Source: Perna viridis (Eukaryota). From it: a DNA stretch of 64,000 nucleotides. The notes beneath the pieces are model-generated. The model ran no database searches and had not been told where the DNA came from. It saw nothing but the letters and a program-made list of their open reading frames with translations. Positions 34,901 to 48,300 of this stretch are shown here, one piece after another (positions within the stretch are counted from its first letter, which is position 1; the number at the start of each line of letters is the position of its first letter). The position numbers were made by a program, and so were the translations under genes. The DNA lies in assembly GCA_037379345.1 (NCBI GenBank), contig CM074516.1, positions 47,281,626 to 47,345,625 on the forward strand. The letters are read 5' to 3'.

Positions 34901-37900
34901 GCCTGTATTCACTATTGAAGGTGTTATGATTTTTGCATGGGATAAGGTTTGCTTTTATTATGGTGTATCTGTTGTAGTCAGAACCCTGCACATGGTAGCC
35001 ATTACACATTATAAATCTACAGCTCAGCAGTAATGAACTCTGTCTACACTTTGTTAAACATATTATGTTACGTTTTTTCTTACCCAAACAGTTTCAATAA
35101 ATAACGAAAAATATTTCTTACCCTAATGGCTAAAGTAAGGTTAAGACGAACTATTTACACTAAAAATTTATTTGATTACATATCATTAGATGTACAGTTA
35201 AAGCTATGTTTTAATGGTACCACACACACCTTAAACCTGCTTCAAGCTTTACATTGTCTTTGCCTGTAGAGAGGGGATGGACCAAAAATGGCCTTCCAGA
35301 CAACAGGGAGTAACAATCGGGTCATTCATAAGTCATCACCCAAAAAACAACTGACTTATAGAGCTCCTCCTAAAACTGATTCAGACAACAGGGAGTATTA
35401 TGGTGATAATACATATAATAGAAATGATTTGAACTCGTCTGAAGACAGACGAGATCACCAGGGGTCAAGTTATATTACAGATCCCCATGGTTACAACACA
35501 TCACAGGAGGTACAATTTTGTTGGTTGTTGTTTCCCCCTTTGTCTTCCATGGCACACTTTGTTGTTATGTTCATCTCACTTATTTGTTGTGTTTATTTTT
35601 ATTTTTTAATTATCTGTATGCATGGAATTATAGTTATCTATTGGTATCAAAACACTTTTGTTTTGATATGAAATTTTTTAGATAAAAAAAGATATGGAAA
35701 TGACATGCAAGAAAGACCTCAACCTACATCTTCACAGTTGCCTTGTACAAATTGTATTCTTATGTTCAAATTTTTCATGTTCACAAGAACTTTGACATGT
35801 TTTATGAAAAGAGTCATATTGGCATTTTGAAAAATTTTAACTGTTGATGTATTTATTAGATCAACAAGAGTTCAGAACAGGGTGTATTCTCTAAACCAAG
35901 GATGTTTGGGAGTAAAAACAAGGATCAGTCATATGATCAGGTAGCTTTCTGTGTGGTCTCAAGAGTTATCTACCTTTACTAAATTTTTTGACAATATCTC
36001 ACTCTCATTATTTTTCTTTCTGAAAAAAAAAATTATGGACATTTTCAAGTTACAAATATTGAAATGAAATGACACATTCTGATGCATTGTCATGCACGTA
36101 ATTTGTTTTTTAGAATTATATGAAATAATTGAATAGACTTACTTACGTTCTGACATGGCTATAGGTTTAGACCTTAAATGTTTTATCATACAGTAAATGA
36201 TGCAAAATCTTAAAATACTTTTTCTGTAATCTTTTACCATTTCTAATAATAACATTGCTTTTATATGCTATTTAGTAAGTCTATTTTTTTGCATGATTTT
36301 GTTTTTATCAGAAACCAAGGCAATATGACAATGATGTATTTTATAAACCTATGAATCGCCAGAGGGATACAAACCCCTATCAATCTGTATATGACAAGGT
36401 AGAAATCTATGTGTGGTTCCTCTCAGTCCTTTTGTCTTGTTTCATCGATGTTAGCTGTATGTACTATTAATTAACCATATTCAGAAACAAATAGACACTG
36501 TTATGGTTTGTCAGAGTTGCAGTGATTTAGCTTGTTCATGCAACTTTGTTGTGATTTACATGATTGAATTTGTTTCTAGAAATTTTGATTTGATTTGTCA
36601 CATCTTGATCTTCTAACATGCTTCCCTGTCTAATGACACTGATGTGGATTAGTTTGTTCTCTCACATCTCCCAGCTTTCTCACATTTCAAATAAAGATGA
36701 CCTTGTATATATGTCCTTCAAACATGATTTTCCATCTATGAAATCATTTAAGTACTTGCATGATTTTTTGCTTTAGAAGAAAGATCCCCATTCTGACTCT
36801 GTGTTCTCGAAGCCACCTCTACACAGGAGGGGAGATAACTCCAGATTTGATCAGGTACCGTGGAGTACTAATAATTTCACAGTTCATGAGTTGAATCACT
36901 TAATTTGTGTTTTAACTCCTTTGTATCAAATTTTCAATTTAGTTATCACTGATTAAAAACATTGTTACTGATTTGATTTGTCTTAGATGTGATTTGAATT
37001 TCAGAAAGCAGATAGAATTTTGTTCTGATTTTTATACATGTATATAACCTGTCCTTTGATAGACTTTTTATGATATACTGCTGTCTCTTTCTGTTCACCT
37101 GTTCACATGTATATGTCAATATACTGTACAAAACTTTTTAAGTAATACTTTAAAGGATTTTAATGATTTTATGAGATAATGTTAGTCTTAATTATTTTCT
37201 CTTTTTTTTTTTGAAGGGTGTGTGGAATATAGTGGGGGTCAAGCTTGTTTTCAGAGTTATGGGTCTCGTAACACAGAAAGAGGGGAATAATTTTAATATG
37301 TGCTTTAAAGAAGCTGTTTATTTGTTTTATTTGTCCTTTGGTATGGTAGTTTATACTGCAGTTTAATTCTTCATTGTAGTGTAACTTTGTATGAAGCTTT
37401 AGATAGATTATACTGTGAGTGACTTTTGTCTTGGCCTCATATTAAATATCTGTCAACTGAATTAGAGGGCATCCATGTTTTATTGGCAAGAATGGAAGAA
37501 GTCATTAATTTATTTAATGAAGAATAACCTTAAAATTGTAAAAGTATTGTTATCCTTTATTTGTTTTGTTTTCAATGAATACAGGGAAAGGGGGCATGCT
37601 GGGTATGTGCAATATTTTACTCAAGTAATTTTTTTTTTACCTTTTTAATAAAGTTAGAAACTAGTGTCACCAGATTGTGTCAGCTTGTTGAAGTGGTAAT
37701 GATACTTTATAATAGAGAAATATTACATGCTAAGATGTTATATGATTTTGCATGATATGTTTACATTACACTTTAAGTTCGACCGATGCTTAAGCCTGCC
37801 AAGCATATATTAATCACCAATATATGTATGTGGACCAGTAGATCTCCGTGCATGTTTTTTTAAAGTACCTTTCCTTTCTTCCAGTAATGCTGGATCAAGC

Positions 37901-40480
37901 TAAGGCCATGTCATCATTTATTTGTGGATAAGACTGTCTTGTGGAATGTAAATAATATTTTTCTTGAAACTTATTTCATTTTCTCAAACTTTTCTCTTTT
38001 CGATAAATAAGGAAATTATCTAAATTAGATTTTACTGCAAGTATGATAGTATGGCAATATTTTCTTGAAAGTGAAAGAAAGTTCCACTGTTTTTTGTCAG
38101 AAAAAGCAAAGAGCTAGTCGTCAAAAGGAAAAAATCACTGCATCATCTACCTTCCTCACAGAGAGCCATGAATACTATCCCTCTCAGCCCTCAAGTGACC
38201 AAAGTCCTAAGGTACATCTTTGTGTTCTCAGTAGTCTCCCTTTATAGCATGTATATGTATATATCTTTTTAATTCTTGCTGTAGATTTTAGTATGGATAT
38301 AAGCTTTCCAAGTCATGTTGCCTGTAATATTTGTGCTTCTCTCTGTCAATTATCTGTCATTTTTTATTACACTGTGAGTGTTTCTGATTAACTTCTTGTG
38401 TTAGGATTTGACAATTTTGTTTTCATTCATTGAATTAAAACATTTGATAGATGTGACACTCTATCCTGTCAAATACTTGCTGGTAAGCCTTTTGAAATGT
38501 TTTGAGACAGATTGAGTGGTAAATAATTCTGCTCCCTGCCTGTGGTAAAAAAAATGGTCTAAATTTACTGAATAGAAACAAGAAAAGAAAAGAATGTGAT
38601 TCCATATTGAGAAATAAGTTGATATAAAAAGTGGTTTGGTGAGAACTGAAAAAAAAAAAAGAAAAGCACGTATCTACCGAACAATAATATTGTCTTAAAT
38701 GTCCAGTGGTATTCATTGTGTTAAAAATAATGCTAAATTCCCCTCCCCCTACACACATACACAAACCAAAAACCATAAAAACAAATCAAATGAAAAATTA
38801 CAAAAATACACACAAGTTAGATAAGTGAACTTTTCACACACATAATCATATTTAGCATAGTCACATACTGACCACATATCTTAATTGTTATTACTCTAGC
38901 TTTATGTGTATGTTTGCCTGTCAATTCTTAAGTTAGAGTTTATAAATGCTGTGTTACTGTAACATATTTTTAGTTAGACACTATGTTGTTTTCTTTTAAT
39001 ACATGAATCTTACAATTCTATGTCACTATATAATATTTTGATTGAAGTTTGTTTGACATGAACAGAAACAGCAACACTTTCTTAATTGTATACAAGTACT
39101 GTTAGCACTACTCTTAATATTTTGAATTCTCTATGAAGCATTTAGTTACATTCTAACATCTATTACACATATTTAATGTTTATTCATTTCTTTCATCCAT
39201 TTATGATTCTTTTCAGTAATGATAGTATGTACACACAAATGATAATTCAAGTTTATGAAAAAATAAGAGGGCAGCAATATAAATGAGCTGAAATTTTTTT
39301 TTTATTAATATTATTTAAATCACATTTTCAGAATCAAGAACGCCAGAAGAGAGAAAGGGAGGAACAACAGAGACAGAGAGCAGAGGAGGAAGAGCGCAGA
39401 AGACAACGAGAGCGGGAGGAACAAGAAATGAGGGAGTTAGAACAACTGGAGGTTACAAGGAGACAAAGAGAAGCAAGAGAAAGGGAAGAGCAACGAAAAC
39501 GTGATCAGGAGGCAGAGGATTGGATGAAAAAGATGGAGAATGAAAAACGACAGAGAGAAGCGGAAGAACAACGGGTTCGTGAGGAGCAGCAGCGTAAAGA
39601 AAGAGAAGAGAGAGATAGAAGAGAACGTGAAAGACAGGAACAGGAGAGAAGGGCAAGGGAAGAGAAGGATAGAATGGCAATGGATTCACAGCTGGCAGAG
39701 GAGAGAATGAAAAAGGATGAACTATTAAGGAAGTTGCGCATGATTGATGAAGGACAAAATAAAACAGAGGAAAAGAAATCCTCTGGGGGTGAACTATTTT
39801 TTGCTACCTCTTCTAAAGCTAGGCGAGATAGTGAAGGTTCAGCTACATCTAGCAAGAAAAGTAGTTATTCTTTTACCAAACCTGTTGAAAATATGCATCA
39901 TGGGAAACCTGCCAGAGAGGATGTTACAGTTCCTTACATTGAACGGCAAAAGAAACAGCAGGCTGAGTCACCAGTCAGCGGCTATCAGCCATCATTTGGT
40001 CTTAGTAGTGGAATAACTGGTACAAATAAGAAGACAACCAGAAAGTCAGGAGGTCAGGTTATTTTTGGTGATTTTGAAAAAGAGGACAAAACTGTCAATA
40101 AATCAACCAATAAAAAGGGTGACTTAATGGCAGAATTGTTTGGCAATTCTTCAAGCAAACCAACACGAACAACAGAACTTGATAATGATGATATATTTAA
40201 ACCTCCTGTAAGAAACACAAAAACAAATGCAACTAAAACATCAGGTTTCCCATGGGAAGATGATAAAAAATCAACTACTACATCACACAGGGGTGAGCGA
40301 GCGTCCTCTTTATTTGGAGGAGGAGGTAGTGGCATATTAGACGATAATGAACCTTCTGTTTTTGATTCATCAAAACTGTTACCGAAAAGAGGCAAACAAA
40401 CAAGTACAACATTCCAGACTAAGCCTGTAGTGTCAGCAATAGATCACATGGATGATGATATCGAGGAGGTCATTTTGTAG
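28919..40480 (+). CDS. LCA5: Lebercilin (LCA5/LCA5L family) ciliary coiled-coil protein, about 910 aa if all exons are included
   Basis: Exons 28919-29045, 29922-30439, 33649-33786, 34068-34274, 35270-35509, 35860-35940, 36312-36398, 36777-36854, 38101-38211 and 39332-40480, all GT-AG and in phase. Lebercilin-domain motifs QRMLSSKNLRINELKNQ, RQEKALNKFENEESDLPQLLQRHNNEVRTLR, EKVKAAELANIYS, GYQPSFG, KKGDLMAELFG and the C-terminal DDIEEVIL. Confidence 0.92.
30688..31006. repeat. 53-bp tandem repeat, 6 copies, in an LCA5 intron
   Basis: Unit TGCACTTTTGGCACTGTGATATAACATTGGAGCCTTAAGAGCTGTGCTATTTA. Confidence 0.95.
31470..31913. mobile_element. Decayed MITE
   Basis: CAGTGGATTCCTGTTAATCACAT ... ATGTGATTAAGTGTTATCCACTG inverted ends. 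Confidence 0.5.
33101..33250. repeat. Fold-back (hairpin) element
   Basis: 20-bp perfect arms TAAGGAATGACTGTTATATT/AATATAACAGTCATTCCTTA, with inner arms AAATAACCTCAAT/ATTGAGGTTATTT and TGCACAC/GTGTGCA. Confidence 0.8.
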
Positions 40481-43400
40481 GATATGTTACTCAAAATTGA
40501 AATTCAGGGATAAACTCAGTAAGCTAGAGAGCAAGTCATTCATAGTCTAGCTGTTCTGGAGGATGCAGTGCATTTCTGCTATCACGAATCATGATGAAAA
40601 AGGCAATGTTCAGAGTACCTGGCCATAAATGATGATATGAATTGCTTAGAATGCTGTTAATCCATTAAATTATTACTAACAAGCTACTGTGAAAGAACTA
40701 AATATTCATGGGTACCAATTATCATTGTTTTTTTTTCAATTGTTGGAAATGTGAGATTTTAAATTGATTTATTTAAATAGCTATTAATTTAATTGAAACC
40801 TGTTTTAAGTTTTCACCAAACAATGAAAACTACAGTTATTGGTTCCCATGAACAATTCCAACAAAATGTGAAACAACTTGTGATTTGGCCTCAGTAATAC
40901 AGGTGCTTGCTAAGCTCAACAATAAATGAGAATTTAGTGGATGACTGATTGTAACAACTTCTTATTGAATAGAAGTCTTACATTTACGTATGGCAGTTTT
41001 CCAAGATCTGTGATTCCAGCAAAATATTTTCACACTCCTTGCAAAGAAGTGTTAAGCCTGAGAGTGTATGCACACATTTTTGTTTTTCGTTCTTTTATTT
41101 TTATTTTGTGGATGCATTCATGGCAAATTTCGAAGTTGATTATTTTTCTACTTAAAAAAAAAAAATATTTTTGTTTTGTCGATGGATTTTTTTAGAGTGT
41201 CTTGCACTCATGTCTTAGTTTACCTGAAATTGATAAATGTATTTTACTAGCTATCATGGTATATTTTTAGTGAAAGGGGCCATCATACAAAACATGTTCA
41301 TTTTTCTTGATAATATTTTTATTACTGGGTAGCCTTTTTAAAAATGTAAAATGTGCTAAAAAGTATTTCTTTTTGCAAACTTATCTTGACTTGTTCCTTG
41401 CACTCCTATATAGCTAAATGCTTTTCTCTCTTTCTTAGGGTAATTAAAGATGTAACAAAATCTATTTTTACATTTTTTATTTTGTTTAATATTTTGTGAA
41501 GTCTGGAAAGTTATGGTAATTTGAAAATTGAACAGTTTTGTATGTTGTCAATACCACTATATACACCTTGGCTAAAGTGTCAAAAGTAATTACTACATCT
41601 TAGAAATAGGTTAGATACTTGGCTTCAAATATAACAAAAAGTCTAATGTTTGTTTATTTAACAGTGTAGTTAGTGATAATCTCATCTTTGTGCCAATAAG
41701 ATTTCATTTCTGTCCCATTGATGCAATTTCAAGAAAAAAATTAATGAAAAAAAAATAAATATTAAGCAATTCTTATTATATATAGTTATTTATTCAAATC
41801 TTTGATCAGTCTGGATATTGTATACATCCTATGGTGTATAGAAAAAAATGAAGCAAAAGTTTGAATTAGCTGCCTTTTATTTTCTGTAGTTACAGTCAAA
41901 ATGTGCTTGAATTATCATTTTTTTATTTTCTAGTTACAGTAAATTCCCTTTACTGTAAATGGTGCTAACTGTAGGGAATTTGTTTTATAACATAGTGTTT
42001 CCTCATTAACTGCATGGTCTTATATCTAAGTGCTAAGTTATTGCAACGTTAACTCTATTTTTTTTCTCTCGTTCATTATACATCACAAACATTAGGTGAA
42101 CTTTTCCTCCACATTTGTATAGAACCAAGAAAAGCAGTCTATAATTTGTCTTTTTTTCAAAACATCTGAAGAATGACATTGGAGAAGAAAACTATGGAAG
42201 AATAATATCCAAAGATCATTGACCAAATCATTTAAATCTGTGACCATCCTTTCATAATGACTATAATAATTAACTTAATTTTCTAATTGATAATCCAGTG
42301 AGTATTAGTTTTTTTTTTGTTTCAGTTCTATATACTTTGTTCTCTTTTTATGACAAATGTTTTTTTATCTATTAGTTGTCTGATATACAGACTTCTTATT
42401 TATTATAAATCTGTGATACATTAATTGTCCGTCCTTGTAATGTTATTTATATGTTTACATATTATATTTTGTTATTTTAAATGCATACCTGTTTTGTTAA
42501 CTTAAAGGTTAAAGGTATGCACATTATGTACTGTCTTACTCAAATCTTCATGATTTTACATACAAGTACCGGTACATGCTTCAATCAGTGCTCTGTAATT
42601 TTAGAAATTTCTTCATTCCACTCATAAAATTAACTTTCCAACAGAATGGAAACAAAGGAGCAAAAGTTTGAACTGAAACTTTCACCATAGGTGGGGGAAA
42701 TTCTACAGCAAGGATTAACAAGAGAATTTTTTTCAACAATCTTTAAGTATAATTCTATGAATTACACTATATGAACAATCATTTAAAGAGGGAAAGATTT
42801 TTTGTCACTTCTCTTGTGGTTGATATTGACAGTACTATTTAGTTTAAGTCTAGAAATCAATTGAAACTATCTATAAAAATTTAGTGTCAGCGTAGAGAGT
42901 TTTTACTTTTAATGATACAGTTTATTATAATCTTCTCTCTTCAGACTAATCCTAGTCCAAGTGTCAATAGTTATAAGGCAGCAGAATGATGTACTGCACT
43001 CTGGGACAATTAGATGTATTTAGTCTTACATTCTGTTATCTGTCTCATTGCTATATATCCCAGGTATTTTTTTTATATTCTTTTAGGGTCTAGTTATGAT
43101 TACGTTTGTTACATTTTTCCTAAACAAACCATTCTTTTTGAGATTTGGAAGTTTTATAGCATGGATTGAAAATAATAGAATACAGCGATACATGCATGCT
43201 GTGTGCACTATAACTTTTATTATGGCTGAAATGCCACAGACATTTGTTTAAACAAAATACACAATGTAATGGTAATCTTTGGGTACAACATTTACAGCTT
43301 AATTTTTGTTCAGTTATATATTTACTATGAAATAGTATGTGAATATTTTCCCTTTGAAGTTTTACTATTCAGTGTATAACCATCCAATAATTCTAAGCTA

Positions 43401-44442
43401 CATGGAGCTATTAACTGTAGTATTGATGTATCACTTACTGCAGAATTATATTTAGTTACTACCACACAGTTTTAATGTTGTAAGATAATGCATTTAAAAG
43501 CTTTGGTACTGCACTTGGGAGGGTGGCACTTAGTAATGTTGAAGTCTTATCATTCATTGAATATCACATATGATATTTGGCTAGAAACAGTATGATTTTT
43601 GAAGAATCTATATACGTCCAGGGTGATAAACACAATCTAGGAAGACATATCAGAAAGGTTTTATGTATATTTTTCTATGTGCTTTACATTTGGTGTATGA
43701 ATATAATAAAGCAATGACCAAAATATCATAGGCATATTATCAAACTGTTCATCATCATGACATTAATGAAAAGTAATAATAAAACTGGAAAGATATTCCT
43801 TGTTTCTCTTCAAATATGAATAAGTGTCAAGTTTGACCGAATATACATTGTAGTTAAAAGATATTGTCTGTGTGGACTTCCATAGATTATTATTGAATAT
43901 TGTTGTAAGAAAGTGTTTAATTTCAGTGTCAATTGATTTGAATGTCCTTAAACGTTGTGAACAACAGCCAAATTTAAAAGGTAGTGTCTAGTTCACATCT
44001 AACTAGAAACACTATTGTAATAGTATTACTTATACTATTATTTTTTCTGAAAACATCAAAAACACATCTCAAAACAAAATGGGACAATGTACATCAAAAC
44101 AGTCTAAAGAGTCAATTTTTATTTGAGGAGCATTTTTAAGTTTTGTGGAAGAACTATTTTTGATGCATGCCATTTTTCACGGTATTCATGATTCAATCAA
44201 ACAAAGGTTACAAAATAAACAGAATATCCAAATTGTGGTAAACTTCAAGTTCTTTTTTTGTCATTTTTATTATTAGAAGTCTTTATGTTTTCTCATTTGT
44301 GATGAATTTAATCTCCAAATTCACAATTAAATCTTTGAACGTTATATGATTCATTTTCTGTTGGTTTTTAGGCCAATGAGAGCCTTTATAATCTATTCTC
44401 TTTTATGAAATTATACCAAAAATCAAAGTCATTTTTTTGTGG

Positions 44443-44873
44443 TGTCAAACAATGGTATTCATGGTTCAGTCAAACAATTGTATCCACAAGTCAGTCAAAC
44501 AGGTTTCATCATACAGTCAAACAATGCTATCCATGGTTCAGTCAAACAACAGAGTTCATGATTCAGTAAAATAATGGTACCCATTGTTCAGTCAATCAAT
44601 GGTATTCATCATTCAGTCAAACAATGGTATCCATAGTTCAGTTGAACAAAGCTATCCATGGTTCAGTCAAACAATGGTATTCATGGTTCGGTCAAACAAT
44701 GGTATTCATAATTCAGTCAAATAATGGTATCCATGGTTAAGTCAAACAATGGTTTTTCATGGTTCAGTCAAATAATGGTATACATGGTTAAGTCAAACAA
44801 TGGTTTTTCATGGTTCAGTCAAACAATGGTTTTCATCATTCAGTCAAACAATGGTATCCATGGTTCTGTCAGA
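44443..44873. repeat. 25-bp minisatellite, about 17 copies, between the LCA5 and GET1 3' ends
   Basis: Unit CAGTCAAACAATGGTATTCATGGTT. Confidence 0.93.
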
Positions 44874-45324
44874 CAGATGTTGAAGAAACTATACAATCAA
44901 CAAGTTTTTTTTCTAGTTTTATTCATATTTAAAAGAAGTAATGGACATGCTTTTAAAAACAGTAATGCAAAGACATAGCTACGATAATAACTAAAACTAT
45001 TGTAACAAAACTGTATATCATTCTCAAATGTAAAGGGGAAAACTAGAATGGAAGCATCAATCAATGTAAACATAACTAAAAATCTCTTGTAGTTTAATTC
45101 AATGATTATGCAGTATTCTTAAACAATCACATAACAGCGTGTGTATCTAGGATGTCTCCTCTGAAAATACATTATAGATTGCACAACCATACAAGTATTG
45201 AGTCATCTCCCTTGAAATGAATATTTAATAGGACATTGACTGACATCTGAATACTAGATACTGTAGTAAGACTGATGGATGGTCATTCTGTGAACACACT
45301 GTGGTGGAGTTATCGCTAGTAGTG

Positions 45325-48300
45325 TCATTGTATCAGCCTCTTTACTCTGTAGATTGTTGAATTACAAACTAAAACCCAGCATCCAATACCTAAACCACCT
45401 AAAATGACATGGAGAATTAATACAAAGAAAACCAATAGCCTGGGTAACAAAAGGAAGAACTTCAGTATGTATATATATATACATGTCTACCATTAATAAA
45501 ACACCAATAAGTACAAAACCTTATCTTGCTTATCTCGTACTTAAAAAAAGAGCAAGATTGTTCGGGGTTTTTTTTATTCACAATTAAAATAGAGATTTAT
45601 AAATTATTCAGCTTTATGACATGCCACAGAATGCAGAAAACATATTTACAAAAAAAAACATTACAATTCTACCATTTGTGAGCATTTTATCAAAGATATT
45701 GTAGTGCCCCAAATGTAATATTTCTTTGTTATATAATTAGTGATTGTTAAATATGATCTCTTATTACCTGACACGCCAGTGGGAAAAGCTATGATTTTCT
45801 GGAAGGGATAAAACCATTCTGGATGGAACATAATTAAAGGTTCACTTCTATTAGAAATCATCAAGATGATCATAACTAAAGCCTGCAAAAAAATTGAAAA
45901 ACTTTGAACAAGACACAATTTATTTTTTAACTCATGGTAAATTTTTATTATGCATAAAATGATTTCAAATCTTGATGGTAAAAAAATTTGTATGAATAAA
46001 TGAATTTTGTGTCTTTTGGGAGGAACAAACTCACTACAATTGGGCAGGTTACAGATCCTCTGATAATGACCTGTTCAGTTCAACCAGTAAAGATGACTTT
46101 GGACAATCAAGTATCACAGTAGATCTTATATGTACTATGACCAATTTCACCCTAACAGCAGCCAGTCTACATTTTAATACAATTCAAACTGGAATGACTG
46201 AAAATATTTATTCTTCTGGTAACAACTATTATTAATTAGCTTGACCACTTACAGTATGTTTATTACAAGAACATGTAGCTGATATAATTTTAAATACCAG
46301 TTGATTTATATAAACAATTTTAATATGATGTGCTCCAAAGGGTAAAGAGTTGATAAATATGCTGCCACCATCAAAGATTTATGATGGTCTTATTTCCAAT
46401 TTCATAGGTAAGTTTCACTCAATGTCACTGATGTAAGAGAATTTTGGTCCATAACGGTTCCAATTTTGTGCAAAACAGAGACTGTGTCTTTCATAAACAT
46501 GAGGAAATTATTTCTTTTAGAATAGGAATAATACATGGAAACTCTTTATCACTCCTTAGGGCCTTTCTGGCCATTTATTTCGCCTTTTTTCCCCCAAGAG
46601 AAAATGCTATCGCTTGGTGTAACAAAATGCGACATAAGTGGCCATCCTGTATTAAACCAATGATGAAATGAAGTTTCCATGAATTGTTTCTTAATTACCT
46701 GTAAAATATAAATGGATATTTTTACACCAACTCCAACCATTGCACACTTGTTATTTCTATCGCTTGCTGAAAAAAAGTAATTTAAAAACAATTATTCAAA
46801 ATACGAGAAAATCTCATGGTTCCCACATCCTCAGCTACAAACTGATAGTAAACATAGAAAATCTCATGGTTGCCTTTCTTACATCCTAAGCTACAAACTG
46901 ATATTCTCATGTGACATGCTTCAAAGCTCTTTTGACCACAGCCATGGTAAAAAAAGTGACCAATACATGACCAACATTCTGTGCAACTCATAGGCTGCAT
47001 CTATTCACAAAGATAAATCAAAATAAATCACAGAAACTCAAATTTATCTTGTTTATCACTCCTTCGGGCCTTTCTGGCCATTTATTTCGCCTTTTTTCCC
47101 CAAGAGAAAATGCTATCACTTGGGGTAACAAAATGCTGGCCATTTATATCATTATTTATTTTTATTAAATAAAGTAGGAAACAGGACAGGTGAACTGGTA
47201 AGGTAAAAATCCTCCCTTATTCTAAACTATCTAATGCTGAAAATCTATTAAGTTCAAATAACACTAATATGTTCAGATTACTTTGTTCTTTGACCTCTAC
47301 CAGTAGTTTATCTATTTTTCTCTGCAGTTTGGCATGTTTTGCAAATTCGTCCACCATACTGACTCCACCCTGCTCTGCTTTTAAATCCTGAATCTGTGAT
47401 CTGGTGTTTAACTCTGCATCACTGACGGAATAAATTTTCTTACTCAACTGAAAAGGAGAACATGTGTATATTATAAACAATTTACATGTCTGAATAAGTA
47501 AAATTAAAAAATGTACATGTCTTTTTTCAACTTACATGTAATAGATGTCATTCAAATTTTAATATTCATACATACAAAAATACTTTTAATACTTTTACTT
47601 TAGAAGTCATTCATTCATTAAGGCAACTCTGCCTTTCAGACCCGCCACATGGTTTGATCCAGTAGTACTCACTTCTGGTCAAAAGGCATGCATTTTTTTT
47701 ATGACTAACATTTACAAAGACATTTTTAAAGCATAAGATAAATTATTCTAGTGAATATTAAGAATCTGACACCCTGGGGTAAGGTTTAATGTGGCCACTG
47801 ATCCGTCATGACCAGGTACAAAATATAGGCTGCTTCAAAATAGTCACTTAATAAACAAACTGCATGATATAATCAATTAATAGTTATTCTGGTTTAAAAT
47901 AGTAATTTAAATGAATTTTCGAACACATACTGGTAAGTATTGATCATTCATGGTCTTTCTTTATATTTGTACAATTTTTTACAGGAAATTGCAGAGGTTC
48001 CGTCTCAACTCGTGGGTGAGATAAGGAAATCTTGCATGTAGCTAAATACAGGAATTTTCTTGTCTCTTTTGTGAGAAAAAAGTGTGAATTTATGCCAGTG
48101 ATTTGTACTATTTTGAAAATTTTAGTGATCTCTCTTACAACTAGTCCAAATAACTACATATATGCTGTCTTGGTAGGCTAATGATAATTTTGCTTGGTTG
48201 AGATCCCTGACTGGCCTGAGGCATAAACATCAGATTAAAAACTTCATGTTTATCTAGACTATCGTACATCTGATATTTTGCATATCTTTTAATCTAAATA

